Shown piece after piece: positions 8,267 to 17,887 of a stretch of DNA of 64,000 nucleotides (its first letter is position 1; the number at the start of each line of letters is the position of its first letter). The position numbers and the translations under genes were made by a program. The notes beneath the pieces are model-generated. The model had not been told where the DNA came from. It did not search any database and saw only the letters and a program-made list of their open reading frames with translations. The DNA is from a bacterium (lineage in GTDB: Bacteria > Bacteroidota > Bacteroidia > Bacteroidales > UBA1402): assembly GCA_963617485.1 (NCBI GenBank), contig CAVEPA010000007.1:30628-94627 (forward strand), given 5' to 3'.

Positions 8267-9525
8267 TGTACCAAACTGTCTTTAACCAACATGAAACTGT
8301 CGCGATAGCAAGCCTTCAGCGGCACCGAAGGCGGCGACTCCATCTTGAGCGGGTCGATGGCCTGGCCGTTCATATACACCCTGAAATCGAGGTGCGGTCC
8401 GGTAGACAGGCCCGTCGAACCAACATAGCCTATCACTTCGCCCTGCGAAACTTTCTGACCCACGGCCAGGCCTTTGGCAAAGCCCTTGAGGTGCATGTAG
8501 GTGGTGGTATAGGTGCCGTTATGCTTGATGGTGACATAATTGCCGCCGCCGTTTTTCTGATAGCCTTTCTTGACGACCACACCCGCGCCGATGCTCATCA
8601 CCGGAGTACCCGAAGGTGCGGCGTAATCAACCCCATGGTGCGGACGACGTATGCGCAGTACCGGATGCATACGGCCGTTGCTGAACTTGGAACTGATGCG
8701 CGAATATTTGAGCGGTGCTTTCAGAAAGGCACGCCGCAAGTTCACGCCCTCGGCATCGAAATAGTCGCGGTAGCCGTCCTGTACGAAGGGAATGGCGTAA
8801 TAGTCGCGGCCCCCGCTGTGAAAAAGGGCGGCGTGAATATCGCCCAAGCCCACCGAAACGCTGTCGTCAATGAAATACTCATCGTAAAGCACTTTATAGT
8901 AATCGCCGCTCTGGATGGCGAAGAAGTCGATTTGCCAAGCGTAGATGTCCGACAGAGCAAAGGTCAGATTGACATTGCTGTGGTTGTCTTGCAGGCTTTG
9001 CCAAAGCGACGATTTGATAACCCCCTGGCAACTTTGCTGGCGGCAGCAGACTTCCTTTTGGCTACGGTAGACGCTGATGCTGTCGTTGAAATTGAATACC
9101 ACAAAGTCGGTGAGGCTTTCGCGATACAGGAAGTAACGCAGGCGGGGCAGGCTGTCGCGGGTGCAAAGGCCGATGTACTGGTGGCCGGCCACCATGTGTC
9201 GCACGTCAAACACCGGTTTGGAAATGCGGGCGGTCCGGTCGATGGTGAGGGCCGATACCCCGTAGTGCCCCAAAAGTGTCGACAAGCTGCTGCCGTTGGG
9301 TACCCGGCCTTCGTGCATATCGAGCGTATCGATGCGGATGCCCATAAAATAGCGCGCCGGGTCTTCCGTCGGCTCGGTGGTGGTGTCGGAAGTGTTGGGG
9401 TTGAGGCCATGATCCGGACTCAGGCATTTGACCAAGAGGCCGACAAAAGCTACCAGCACTGCGGCGGCGAGCAGGTAACGCAGAGTTTTGGCAATTTGTT
9501 GGGGCTTGTGTATATGAAGAGGCAT
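8245..9525 (-). CDS. M23 family (LytM-type) peptidoglycan metalloendopeptidase with an N-terminal membrane anchor
   Basis: C-terminal M23 signatures HHGVDYAAPSGTPV and GSTGLSTGPHLDFRV. I place the start at ATG 9525 (MPLHIHK...LLAAAVLVAFVGLLV), not at the track start 9603. Confidence 0.85.
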   Translation of the reverse strand: MPLHIHKPQQIAKTLRYLLAAAVLVAFVGLLVKCLSPDHGLNPNTSDTTTEPTEDPARYFMGIRIDTLDMHEGRVPNGSSLSTLLGHYGVSALTIDRTARISKPVFDVRHMVAGHQYIGLCTRDSLPRLRYFLYRESLTDFVVFNFNDSISVYRSQKEVCCRQQSCQGVIKSSLWQSLQDNHSNVNLTFALSDIYAWQIDFFAIQSGDYYKVLYDEYFIDDSVSVGLGDIHAALFHSGGRDYYAIPFVQDGYRDYFDAEGVNLRRAFLKAPLKYSRISSKFSNGRMHPVLRIRRPHHGVDYAAPSGTPVMSIGAGVVVKKGYQKNGGGNYVTIKHNGTYTTTYMHLKGFAKGLAVGQKVSQGEVIGYVGSTGLSTGPHLDFRVYMNGQAIDPLKMESPPSVPLKACYRDSFMLVKDSLVQCISRIS

Positions 9526-9613
9526 TTTATTCTGTATAGAGCTTCTAAAAAGAGTGCTAAGGTAAGCAAAAGTGCGCAATAATCTCCCTATCTTTGCGCT
9601 CAAATTTTAAAAG

Positions 9614-9700
9614 ATGAGGAAAGTATTGCGTATCTCCTTGATGCTGATAGCATTGTGTCTGCTGATGATGGCTTGTGCAACGCCATGCAACTGCGGATAA
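9614..9700 (+). CDS. candidate micro-lipoprotein ORF (28 codons; predicted mature peptide CATPCNCG)
   Basis: ATG 9614 to TAA 9698-9700 translates to MRKVLRISLMLIALCLLMMACATPCNCG. This has a basic n-region, a hydrophobic core and an M-A-C lipobox-like site. A TAnnTTTG motif (tatctttg, 9589-9596) lies 18 nt upstream. It is too short for the ORF track. Confidence 0.35.
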   Translation: MRKVLRISLMLIALCLLMMACATPCNCG

Positions 9701-9727
9701 AACCCGCTGATAAATTATTATTTCTTG

Positions 9728-9758
9728 TTTGATTATTTGTCGGAAAAGAGTACTTTTG
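9728..9758 (+). promoter_or_regulatory. putative Bacteroidota sigma-A promoter for gapA (-33 TTTG / -7 TAnnTTTG)
   Basis: TTTG at 9728-9731 and tacttttg at 9751-9758, separated by 19 nt and about 80 nt upstream of the gapA ATG. This rests on motif matching only. Confidence 0.4.
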
Positions 9759-9826
9759 CGCCGAATTACGGAATAAAGGAAAAAAGTATTTATTAACCAA
9801 CGAACCTTGCTTTTTGAGGTTCATAA

Positions 9827-10849
<1,023 letters not shown>

Positions 10850-10875
10850 ATTTTGCACAACCGAGCATAAAGAAG

Positions 10876-10908
10876 GCGTGCCGTGGTTTTGCTGCGGCAC
10901 GCTTTTTT
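10876..10908 (+). terminator. intrinsic terminator after gapA
   Basis: 8-bp GC-rich stem gcgtgccg / cggcacgc (10876-10883 and 10895-10902) followed by TTTTTT (10903-10908). Confidence 0.7.
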
Positions 10909-10935
10909 GTCTGAATTCCGGTGATATTTCAAGCT

Positions 10936-11859
10936 ATGAACTTTCCCGACTATCCGCAAGACTGTAACCTTTTGGTGGTGTTAGGCCCGACAGCCTGTGG
11001 CAAGACGGCCTATGCCGTACAGTGGGCCGCACGCATCGGTGCCGAAATCATCTCGGCCGACTCGCGTCAGGTGTATCGTGGCATGGATATCGGCACAGGC
11101 AAGGATTTGTCGGAATACACGTTGCCCGATGGGCGGACGCTGCCGTATCATCTTATCGACATCTGTCCCGCCGGCAGTAAATACAATGTCTACGAGTTCC
11201 AGCGCGACTTTGTGCAGGCTTTCCACGACATCCGCGCACGCGGTCGTATGCCCATACTTTGTGGTGGCACCGGTTTGTACATCGAAGCGGTACTCAAGGC
11301 CTACCCGCTGGTTAACGTGCCGGTGAACGAGGCGCTGCGCGCGCGCTTGCAGGACAAGACCCTGAGCCAGCTCAGCGATATTTTGGAAGACTACAAACGC
11401 GCCGCCGGCCAGCACATGCACAACCAGACCGACGTGGACACCGTCAAGCGCGCGCTGCGCGCCATCGAAATAGAAGACTACTATGCCGCTCACGCCGACG
11501 AGATACGCAAAGGGGTAGAGGAATTCCCCCTTATCAAGCCTTATGTGGTGGGTCTTGAAGTTGACCGCGAACAACGCCGCGAGCGCATCTCACGCCGCCT
11601 GCGCGCCCGTCTGGCCGAAGGCATGATCGACGAGGTGCAGGCCTTGCTCGACAGCGGCATCAAGGCGGAGGACCTTATCTATTACGGGCTGGAATACAAG
11701 TATATCACCCTTTATCTGACAGGACAGCTGAGCTATGAGCAGATGCTGCACGATTTGGAAATCGCCATCCATCAGTTTGCCAAACGCCAAATGACCTGGT
11801 TTCGCGGTATGCAGCAGCGTCGCGGTATTGATATTCATTGGATTAATCCCGCTGTATGA
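10936..11859 (+). CDS. miaA: tRNA (adenosine37-N6)-dimethylallyltransferase
   Basis: P-loop VVLGPTACGKT, then SADSRQVYRGMDIGTGK and a HLID motif. The first ATG is 10936 (the track begins at GTG 10921). Confidence 0.9.
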   Translation: MNFPDYPQDCNLLVVLGPTACGKTAYAVQWAARIGAEIISADSRQVYRGMDIGTGKDLSEYTLPDGRTLPYHLIDICPAGSKYNVYEFQRDFVQAFHDIRARGRMPILCGGTGLYIEAVLKAYPLVNVPVNEALRARLQDKTLSQLSDILEDYKRAAGQHMHNQTDVDTVKRALRAIEIEDYYAAHADEIRKGVEEFPLIKPYVVGLEVDREQRRERISRRLRARLAEGMIDEVQALLDSGIKAEDLIYYGLEYKYITLYLTGQLSYEQMLHDLEIAIHQFAKRQMTWFRGMQQRRGIDIHWINPAV

Positions 11860-12329
11860 AAGTGATACTCTTGCAGGTGGGCAAGACCACCGACCCTTAC
11901 GCCATCAAGGCCATCGAGGAATATAGCGCCCGTCTGGGTCATTACGTCAATTTCCAGATAGAGAGCATTCCCGATTTGAAATCGACCAAAAACTTGAGCG
12001 AAGCGCAGATTAAAGCACGCGAGGCCGAACAGATATTGGCTTGGAACAAACCCGACAACCGCTTGGTGCTGCTCGATGAAAGGGGCTTGGAGCAGACTTC
12101 CTTGCAGTTCGCGCAGTGGATGCAGAAGAAAATGAATACCGGCCTGCGCCAGCTGGTATTTGTTATTGGCGGGCCTTACGGTTTCGACCAGACGGTGTAC
12201 GCGGCGGTGAAGGAACGCATATCGCTCTCGAAAATGACTTTTTCCCACCAAATGGTGCGGGTTTTCTTCGTGGAACAACTCTACCGCGCCATGACCATCC
12301 TCAACGGCGAGCCTTATCATCACGAATAG
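11856..12329 (+). CDS. rlmH: 23S rRNA (pseudouridine1915-N3)-methyltransferase (SPOUT family)
   Basis: 157-aa SPOUT protein (LVLLDERG, VFVIGGPYGF, LSLSKMTFSHQMVR). Its ATG overlaps the miaA stop (ATGA). Confidence 0.9.
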   Translation: MKVILLQVGKTTDPYAIKAIEEYSARLGHYVNFQIESIPDLKSTKNLSEAQIKAREAEQILAWNKPDNRLVLLDERGLEQTSLQFAQWMQKKMNTGLRQLVFVIGGPYGFDQTVYAAVKERISLSKMTFSHQMVRVFFVEQLYRAMTILNGEPYHHE

Positions 12330-12412
12330 GCTGGCCTCCTTAGCCGCTATCGGCTGCCGCTTTTGCATAAAGGCCGGATATTCATCCAATATGCAAAAAA
12401 ACTCAAATATTA

Positions 12413-12444
12413 TTTGCTCGGCACATATTTAAACTATAATTTTG
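12413..12444 (+). promoter_or_regulatory. putative promoter of the ilv leader and operon
   Basis: TTTG 12413-12416 and taattttg 12437-12444 are separated by 20 nt. They lie about 22 nt upstream of the leader-peptide ATG. Confidence 0.45.
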
Positions 12445-12465
12445 CGCCCGAAATAAAAAACAAGG

Positions 12466-12528
12466 ATGAATACCCTAGTCATTTTGGTGAATGTCGTGAT
12501 TCTTTTGGTCGTGGTGGCGAGAAGATAA
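12466..12528 (+). CDS. ilv leader peptide (20 aa, MNTLVILVNVVILLVVVARR)
   Basis: ATG 12466 to TAA 12526-12528. Thirteen of 14 consecutive codons (positions 4-17) are Val (7), Leu (4) or Ile (2). It sits immediately upstream of alternative hairpins and of ilvDBNC. Confidence 0.6.
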   Translation: MNTLVILVNVVILLVVVARR

Positions 12529-12602
12529 GGAAAGGCTTTTGCTTAAAATGACATATTCAAAATAAACTGACAAGCCTTTCCATTGCAGGAGAGGCTTTTT
12601 TT
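12529..12602 (+). promoter_or_regulatory. transcription attenuator: mutually exclusive antiterminator and terminator structures
   Basis: ggaaaggctt (12529-12538) is the perfect complement of aagcctttcc (12572-12581). That same segment also pairs with ggagaggctt (12588-12597, one G-U pair), which is followed by a T7 run. The 5' antiterminator arm starts at the first nt after the leader stop codon. Confidence 0.6.
12572..12602 (+). terminator. attenuator terminator hairpin upstream of ilvD
   Basis: 10-bp stem aagcctttcc / ggagaggctt, 6-nt loop attgca, then TTTTTTT (12596-12602). It ends 12 nt before the ilvD ATG. Confidence 0.65.
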
Positions 12603-12614
12603 ATTCAGGACAAG

Positions 12615-14441
12615 ATGAAAATCCAACTTCGCAGCGATGACTGCACCCAAGGAAGAAGAATGGCAGGCGCTCGTGCTCTTTGGGCTGCCAACGGCATGAA
12701 AAAAGAACAGATAGGCAAACCCATTATTGCCATCGTCAACAGCTTTACGCAATTTGTACCCGGACATGTGCATCTGCATGAAATAGGTCAGGAAATAAAG
12801 GCCGAAATTGAACGTCTGGGTTGCTTTGCGGCCGAATTCGATACCATCGCCATAGACGACGGCATTGCCATGGGTCACGACGGCATGCTCTACTCTTTGC
12901 CCAGCCGCGACATCATTGCCGATAGCGTGGAATATATGGTGAACGCCCACAAGGCCGATGCCATGGTCTGCATCAGCAACTGCGACAAAATCACCCCAGG
13001 CATGCTTATGGCCGCCATGCGACTGAACATCCCCACCGTTTTTGTTTCGGGCGGTCCTATGGAATCCGGCCATTTGGACGGCAATCAAATAGACCTTATC
13101 GATGCTATGGTGAAGTCTGCCGATGCCTCCGTCAGCGACGAAGATGTGGCCAGAATCGAAGCCAACGCCTGCCCGGGCTGCGGCTGCTGTAGCGGCATGT
13201 TTACGGCCAACTCCATGAACTGCCTCAACGAGGCGCTGGGTATGGCGTTGCCCGGCAACGGCACCATTATGGCTACGCACACGCTGCGCCGGGAACTTTT
13301 CTTGAAGGCAGCCCGCCAGATTGTGAAGAATGCCTTTGCCTACTACCGCGACGGCGATACATCGGTACTGCCGCGTTCCATCGCTACTCGTGGCGCTTTT
13401 CTGAATGCCATGACGCTGGACATTGCCATGGGCGGTTCTACCAATACAGTGCTGCATTTGCTGGCCATCGCCCAGGAAGCCGAAGTGCAGTTCAGCATGG
13501 ACGATATCGATGTTCTGTCGCGCAAAGTGCCCTGCCTGTGCAAGGTGGCTCCCAATACGGCCCTTTATCACGTTCAGGACGTAAATCGCGCCGGTGGCAT
13601 TCTTGCCATACTCTACGAACTTTCTAAGGCCGGTCTGCTCGACACCGGCGTTGGCCGCGTGGACGGTATGAGCCTGCAGGCCGCCATCGATGCCTACGCT
13701 TTGACATCGCCCACTTGCTGCCCCGAGGCTAAAAAGATATACAGTGCCGCTCCTGCCGGCCGTTTCAGCAATGTGCTGGCTTCGCAGGAAACTTATTACG
13801 ACAGCTTGGATACCGATAGGGCAACGGGCTGTATCCGCGATATGGCGCATGCCTATACCAAAGACGGTGGTCTGGCGGTGCTCAAAGGCAATATCGCTCT
13901 CGACGGCTGTGTAGTGAAGACGGCCGGTGTGGACAGCTCCATCTGGCGTTTCCAAGGTCCGGCCAAGGTTTTCCATTCTCAGGAAGACGCTTGCGAAGGC
14001 ATCCTCTCGGACAAGGTTCAGGCCGGCGACGTGGTGCTGATTGTTTACGAAGGCCCCAAAGGAGGCCCGGGTATGCAGGAAATGCTGTATCCGACTTCCT
14101 ACATCAAATCGCGTCACTTGGGCAAGCAATGTGCGCTGGTTACCGATGGACGTTTTTCGGGCGGCACTTCGGGCCTGTCGATTGGACATGTGTCGCCGGA
14201 GGCGGCAGCCGGAGGCGACATTGCTCTGGTACGCGACGGTGACATTATCGAGATTGACATTCCCGCCCGCCTTATCCAAGTGCAGCTGAGTGCCTCGGAG
14301 CTCGACCGTCGTCGTGCCGAAGAGCAGGCCAAGGGCAAAATGGCCTATCAGCCCCAGCGTAACCGTAGCGTATCCAAGGCCCTGCGTGCCTATGCCCAAG
14401 CCGTAAGTTCGGCCGATAAGGGAGCCGTTCGCATCATCTAA
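12615..14441 (+). CDS. ilvD: dihydroxy-acid dehydratase
   Basis: 608 aa with IlvD/Edd family motifs ([26 protein letters not shown]-like [23 protein letters not shown]). Confidence 0.95.
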   Translation: MKIQLRSDDCTQGRRMAGARALWAANGMKKEQIGKPIIAIVNSFTQFVPGHVHLHEIGQEIKAEIERLGCFAAEFDTIAIDDGIAMGHDGMLYSLPSRDIIADSVEYMVNAHKADAMVCISNCDKITPGMLMAAMRLNIPTVFVSGGPMESGHLDGNQIDLIDAMVKSADASVSDEDVARIEANACPGCGCCSGMFTANSMNCLNEALGMALPGNGTIMATHTLRRELFLKAARQIVKNAFAYYRDGDTSVLPRSIATRGAFLNAMTLDIAMGGSTNTVLHLLAIAQEAEVQFSMDDIDVLSRKVPCLCKVAPNTALYHVQDVNRAGGILAILYELSKAGLLDTGVGRVDGMSLQAAIDAYALTSPTCCPEAKKIYSAAPAGRFSNVLASQETYYDSLDTDRATGCIRDMAHAYTKDGGLAVLKGNIALDGCVVKTAGVDSSIWRFQGPAKVFHSQEDACEGILSDKVQAGDVVLIVYEGPKGGPGMQEMLYPTSYIKSRHLGKQCALVTDGRFSGGTSGLSIGHVSPEAAAGGDIALVRDGDIIEIDIPARLIQVQLSASELDRRRAEEQAKGKMAYQPQRNRSVSKALRAYAQAVSSADKGAVRII

Positions 14442-14452
14442 TCCAAAACCGC

Positions 14453-16150
14453 ATGAAAATTAATGGAGCAGAAGCGCTGATGCGCTGTTTTAAAGAAGAA
14501 AATGTCGATACGATATTCGGCTATCCCGGAGGCTTTATCATTCCCGCCTTCGATGCCCTATATTCCTATCAGGATACTTTCCGTTACATACTGACCCGTC
14601 ACGAACAGGGTGCCGTACATGCAGCCCAGGGCTATGCCCGCGTTACCGGCAAGCCCGGTGTGGTGATGGTTACTTCGGGTCCTGCGGCCACCAATGTGGT
14701 GACGGGTGCCGCCGATGCCATGATGGACAGTACGCCCATGGTCATTGTTACCGGCCAGTCTACCGTGGCCCAGCTGGGTACCGACAGCTTTCAGGAAACC
14801 GATGTGATAGGCATTACCCAACCGGTTACCAAGTGGAGTTACCAGATTCGCCGTGCCCAGGATATTCCTTGGGCCGTGGCCCGAGCCTTCTACATTGCCC
14901 GTGTGGGCCGTCCCGGTCCGGTGGTACTGGACTTTTCCAAGGATGCGCAGGTGGAAATGCTCGATTTCCAGTACGAAGCCTGCGATTTCATCCGCAGCTA
15001 TCAGCCTTATCCCCAACCCAAGGCGGATGCCTTGCAAAAGGCGGCCGAACTCATCAACCAAGCCCAGCGACCTTTGGCCCTTGTAGGTCAGGGCGTACTG
15101 ATAGGCAAGGCTGTGCCAGAGCTGTATGCTTTCCTCGAAAAGGCCGATATTCCCGCAGCTTCCACCTTGATGGGGCTCTCCATTATGGACGATGACTATC
15201 CGCTGAATATGGGTATGGTGGGCATGCACGGCAATGTGGCCCCCAACCGGCAGACCAACAACTGCGATATGCTCATTGCCATCGGCATGCGCTTCTCCGA
15301 CCGCGTTACCGGCGAATTGGAGGCCTATGCGCCCCAAGCCAAGGTGATTCATCTAGATATCGATCCATCCGAAATAGACAAGAACGTCAAGACCGATGTG
15401 GCGGTGGTAGCCGATGTCAAAGAGTCGCTGCCCGCCCTGACGGCGCTGATAAAGCCCGCCAGCCACAAGGACTGGATTGCATCTTTCGAACCCTACCGCC
15501 AGCAGGAGTATACGCAGGTGATTGAAAAAGACCTGCATCCCAAGCAAGCGGCACTTACCATGGCCGAGGTGGTGAAATGTGTTTCCGACAAGGCCGGTGC
15601 CGAATCGACCTTGGTGGCCGACGTTGGTCAAAACCAGATGTTTTCGGCACGCTATTTCAGTGCCTCGCCGCATAGGCTGTTCATCGCTTCGGGCGGACTG
15701 GGAACCATGGGCTTCGGTCTTCCAGCTGCTATAGGAGCCGCTCTAGGCCGTCCTCAGGCAGAAACCTATATGATTTGTGGCGATGGCGGCATACAGATGA
15801 CCATACAGGAATTGGGTACCATCATGCAGTATCAAACCCCCGTCAAGATTGTTATCCTCAATAACGGCTATCTTGGTATGGTGCGCCAATGGCAGGAACT
15901 CTTCTGGCAGGAAAGATATTCTTCCACGCCCATGCTGAATCCCGATTTCGTTGCCATCGCCAAGGCCTACGGCATCGAAGGTGCTATGGTAGACAAACGC
16001 GAAAATCTGGAAGCTGCCGTAGAAACCATGCGCAAGCACCCGGGAGCCTATCTGCTCGATGTCAGGGTAGAATCGCTGGGTCTGGTGTATCCGATGATTC
16101 CCTCGGGCAGCCCCATTACCAATATCATCATGTCCAAGAACCAACAATAA
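14453..16150 (+). CDS. ilvB: acetolactate synthase (acetohydroxy-acid synthase) large subunit, ThDP-dependent
   Basis: 565 aa with N-terminal IFGYPGG and the ThDP-binding motif GDGGIQMTIQELGT...NNGYLGMVRQWQ. Confidence 0.9.
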   Translation: MKINGAEALMRCFKEENVDTIFGYPGGFIIPAFDALYSYQDTFRYILTRHEQGAVHAAQGYARVTGKPGVVMVTSGPAATNVVTGAADAMMDSTPMVIVTGQSTVAQLGTDSFQETDVIGITQPVTKWSYQIRRAQDIPWAVARAFYIARVGRPGPVVLDFSKDAQVEMLDFQYEACDFIRSYQPYPQPKADALQKAAELINQAQRPLALVGQGVLIGKAVPELYAFLEKADIPAASTLMGLSIMDDDYPLNMGMVGMHGNVAPNRQTNNCDMLIAIGMRFSDRVTGELEAYAPQAKVIHLDIDPSEIDKNVKTDVAVVADVKESLPALTALIKPASHKDWIASFEPYRQQEYTQVIEKDLHPKQAALTMAEVVKCVSDKAGAESTLVADVGQNQMFSARYFSASPHRLFIASGGLGTMGFGLPAAIGAALGRPQAETYMICGDGGIQMTIQELGTIMQYQTPVKIVILNNGYLGMVRQWQELFWQERYSSTPMLNPDFVAIAKAYGIEGAMVDKRENLEAAVETMRKHPGAYLLDVRVESLGLVYPMIPSGSPITNIIMSKNQQ

Positions 16151-16151
16151 T

Positions 16152-16709
16152 ATGACGAGCGAGAAAAAACTGTATACCGTAACGGTATATTCCGAAAACC
16201 AAGTCGGATTGCTGAACCAGGTAACCATCGTCTTTACCCGTCGTCAGGTGAATATCGAAAGCCTTACCGTGTCGCGTTCGGCCATTCCCGGCATACACAA
16301 GTTCACCATCACGGCTGAAACCGACGAGGACACCATTTCCAAAGTGGTGCGCCAGATTGAGCGCCGCATCGATGTGCTCAAGGCCTTCTACTATACCGAC
16401 GACGAGATCATCTTCCAGGAAGTGGCCCTCTATAAAGTGCCGACGGCCAACCTCTTGGACAACAACGATATAGAAAATATGGTGCGCCATTACAATGCCC
16501 GCATCCTGCAAGTTACCCGCGACTATTCCGTTATCGAACAGACGGGCCATACCGAAGAAATCGGTGCCCTCTACAACGAACTGAAGTCCTGCGATATCTT
16601 GCAGTTTGTGCGCTCGGGCCGCATCGCCATCACCAAATCCACTCAGGAAAGGGTTAGCGCCTTTTTGAGCGAAGTGGAGTCGCTGCGAAAATCGAAACAG
16701 AACAAATAA
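16152..16709 (+). CDS. ilvN: acetolactate synthase small (regulatory, ACT domain) subunit
   Basis: 185 aa. The N-terminal ACT domain LYTVTVYSENQVGLLNQVTIVFTRRQVNIESLTVS is typical of IlvN/IlvH. It starts 1 nt after ilvB. Confidence 0.9.
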   Translation: MTSEKKLYTVTVYSENQVGLLNQVTIVFTRRQVNIESLTVSRSAIPGIHKFTITAETDEDTISKVVRQIERRIDVLKAFYYTDDEIIFQEVALYKVPTANLLDNNDIENMVRHYNARILQVTRDYSVIEQTGHTEEIGALYNELKSCDILQFVRSGRIAITKSTQERVSAFLSEVESLRKSKQNK

Positions 16710-16734
16710 ATTCCATTCTTAAATTGAAAATAAC

Positions 16735-17778
16735 ATGGCAACAATGAACTTTGGCGGTGTAGAAGAAACCGTCATCACACGTGAAGAATTTCCTTTGGAA
16801 AAAGCATTGGATGTATTGAAGGACGAAACCATCGCCGTTATCGGATATGGCGTACAAGGCCCCGGTCAGTCGCTTAACCTGCGCGACAATGGTTTTAACG
16901 TCATCGTTGGCCAGCGCGAAGGCAAAACCTACCAAAAAGCCGTTGCCGACGGTTGGGTTCCCGGCGAGACGCTGTTCTCTATCGAAGAGGCTTGCCAGAA
17001 GGCCAGCATCGTCATGTGCCTGCTGTCGGACGCAGCCGTGATGAGCGTTTGGCCCAAGATGAAGCCTTATCTCACCCCCGGCAAGGCGCTGTATTTCTCG
17101 CACGGTTTCGCTATCACCTGGAACGACCGCACAGGCGTGGTACCTCCCGCCGACATCGACGTTATTATGGTGGCTCCCAAGGGTTCTGGCACTTCGCTCC
17201 GCACTATGTTCCTCGAAGGCCGTGGCCTGAACTCATCGTATGCCATCTATCAAGACGCAACGGGCAAGGCTCTGGAAAAAACGCTGGCGCTGGGTATCGG
17301 TATCGGTTCGGGCTATATGTTCGAAACCACTTTCCAGCGTGAGGCTACTTCCGACCTGACGGGCGAACGCGGCTCTCTGATGGGTGCTATCCAAGGTCTG
17401 CTGCTGGCTCAGTACGAAGTGCTGCGCGAAAACGGTCACTCTCCTTCGGAAGCTTTCAACGAAACGGTAGAAGAACTCACCCAGTCGCTGATGCCGCTGT
17501 TTGCCAAGAACGGTATGGACTGGATGTATGCCAATTGCTCTACCACTGCCCAGCGCGGCGCTCTCGACTGGATGGGTCCCTTCCACGATGCCATCAAGCC
17601 TGTGGTAGAAAAGCTGTATGCCAGCGTTAAGTGCGGCCATGAAGCCCAGATTTCCATCGACAGCAACTCCAAGCCCGATTATCGTCAAGGTTTGGATGCC
17701 GAGCTGAAGGCTTTGCGCGAAAGCGAAATGTGGCAGACAGGCGCTGTGGTGCGCAAGCTCCGTCCCGAAAACAACTGA
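16735..17778 (+). CDS. ilvC: ketol-acid reductoisomerase (class I)
   Basis: 347 aa with the Rossmann motif IGYGVQGPGQSLNLRDNG and SHGF, and a conserved C-terminal knotted domain. Confidence 0.95.
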   Translation: MATMNFGGVEETVITREEFPLEKALDVLKDETIAVIGYGVQGPGQSLNLRDNGFNVIVGQREGKTYQKAVADGWVPGETLFSIEEACQKASIVMCLLSDAAVMSVWPKMKPYLTPGKALYFSHGFAITWNDRTGVVPPADIDVIMVAPKGSGTSLRTMFLEGRGLNSSYAIYQDATGKALEKTLALGIGIGSGYMFETTFQREATSDLTGERGSLMGAIQGLLLAQYEVLRENGHSPSEAFNETVEELTQSLMPLFAKNGMDWMYANCSTTAQRGALDWMGPFHDAIKPVVEKLYASVKCGHEAQISIDSNSKPDYRQGLDAELKALRESEMWQTGAVVRKLRPENN

Positions 17779-17799
17779 TGTTCGCGTGCCTGAACGACT

Positions 17800-17837
17800 G
17801 CGGCCCCGCTTCGTCCCGAAGCGGGGCCGCTTTTTTT
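17800..17837 (+). terminator. intrinsic terminator of the ilv operon
   Basis: Perfect 14-bp stem gcggccccgcttcg / cgaagcggggccgc with a 3-nt loop, followed by TTTTTTT (17831-17837). Confidence 0.85.
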
Positions 17838-17887
17838 CTTGCATTTTCCGATTTGTGCGTATCTTTACGGACTATTTAAAACCTACG

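Noticed and set aside
2315-9582. Antisense ORFs 2315-3382 (-), 5929-7035 (+) and 8266-9582 (+)
   Set aside because: They lie opposite the EF-hand membrane protein gene, the PSP1 gene and the M23 peptidase gene respectively. They have no independent coding signal.
12330-12365. Weak hairpin agccg-ctat-cggct after rlmH as a terminator
   Set aside because: The stem is only 5 bp and the T-run is poor, which is not convincing enough to list as a feature.
12543-14399. 618-aa minus-strand ORF opposite ilvD
   Set aside because: The plus strand encodes an unmistakable dihydroxy-acid dehydratase. The minus-strand translation has no motifs and is a GC3-driven shadow.
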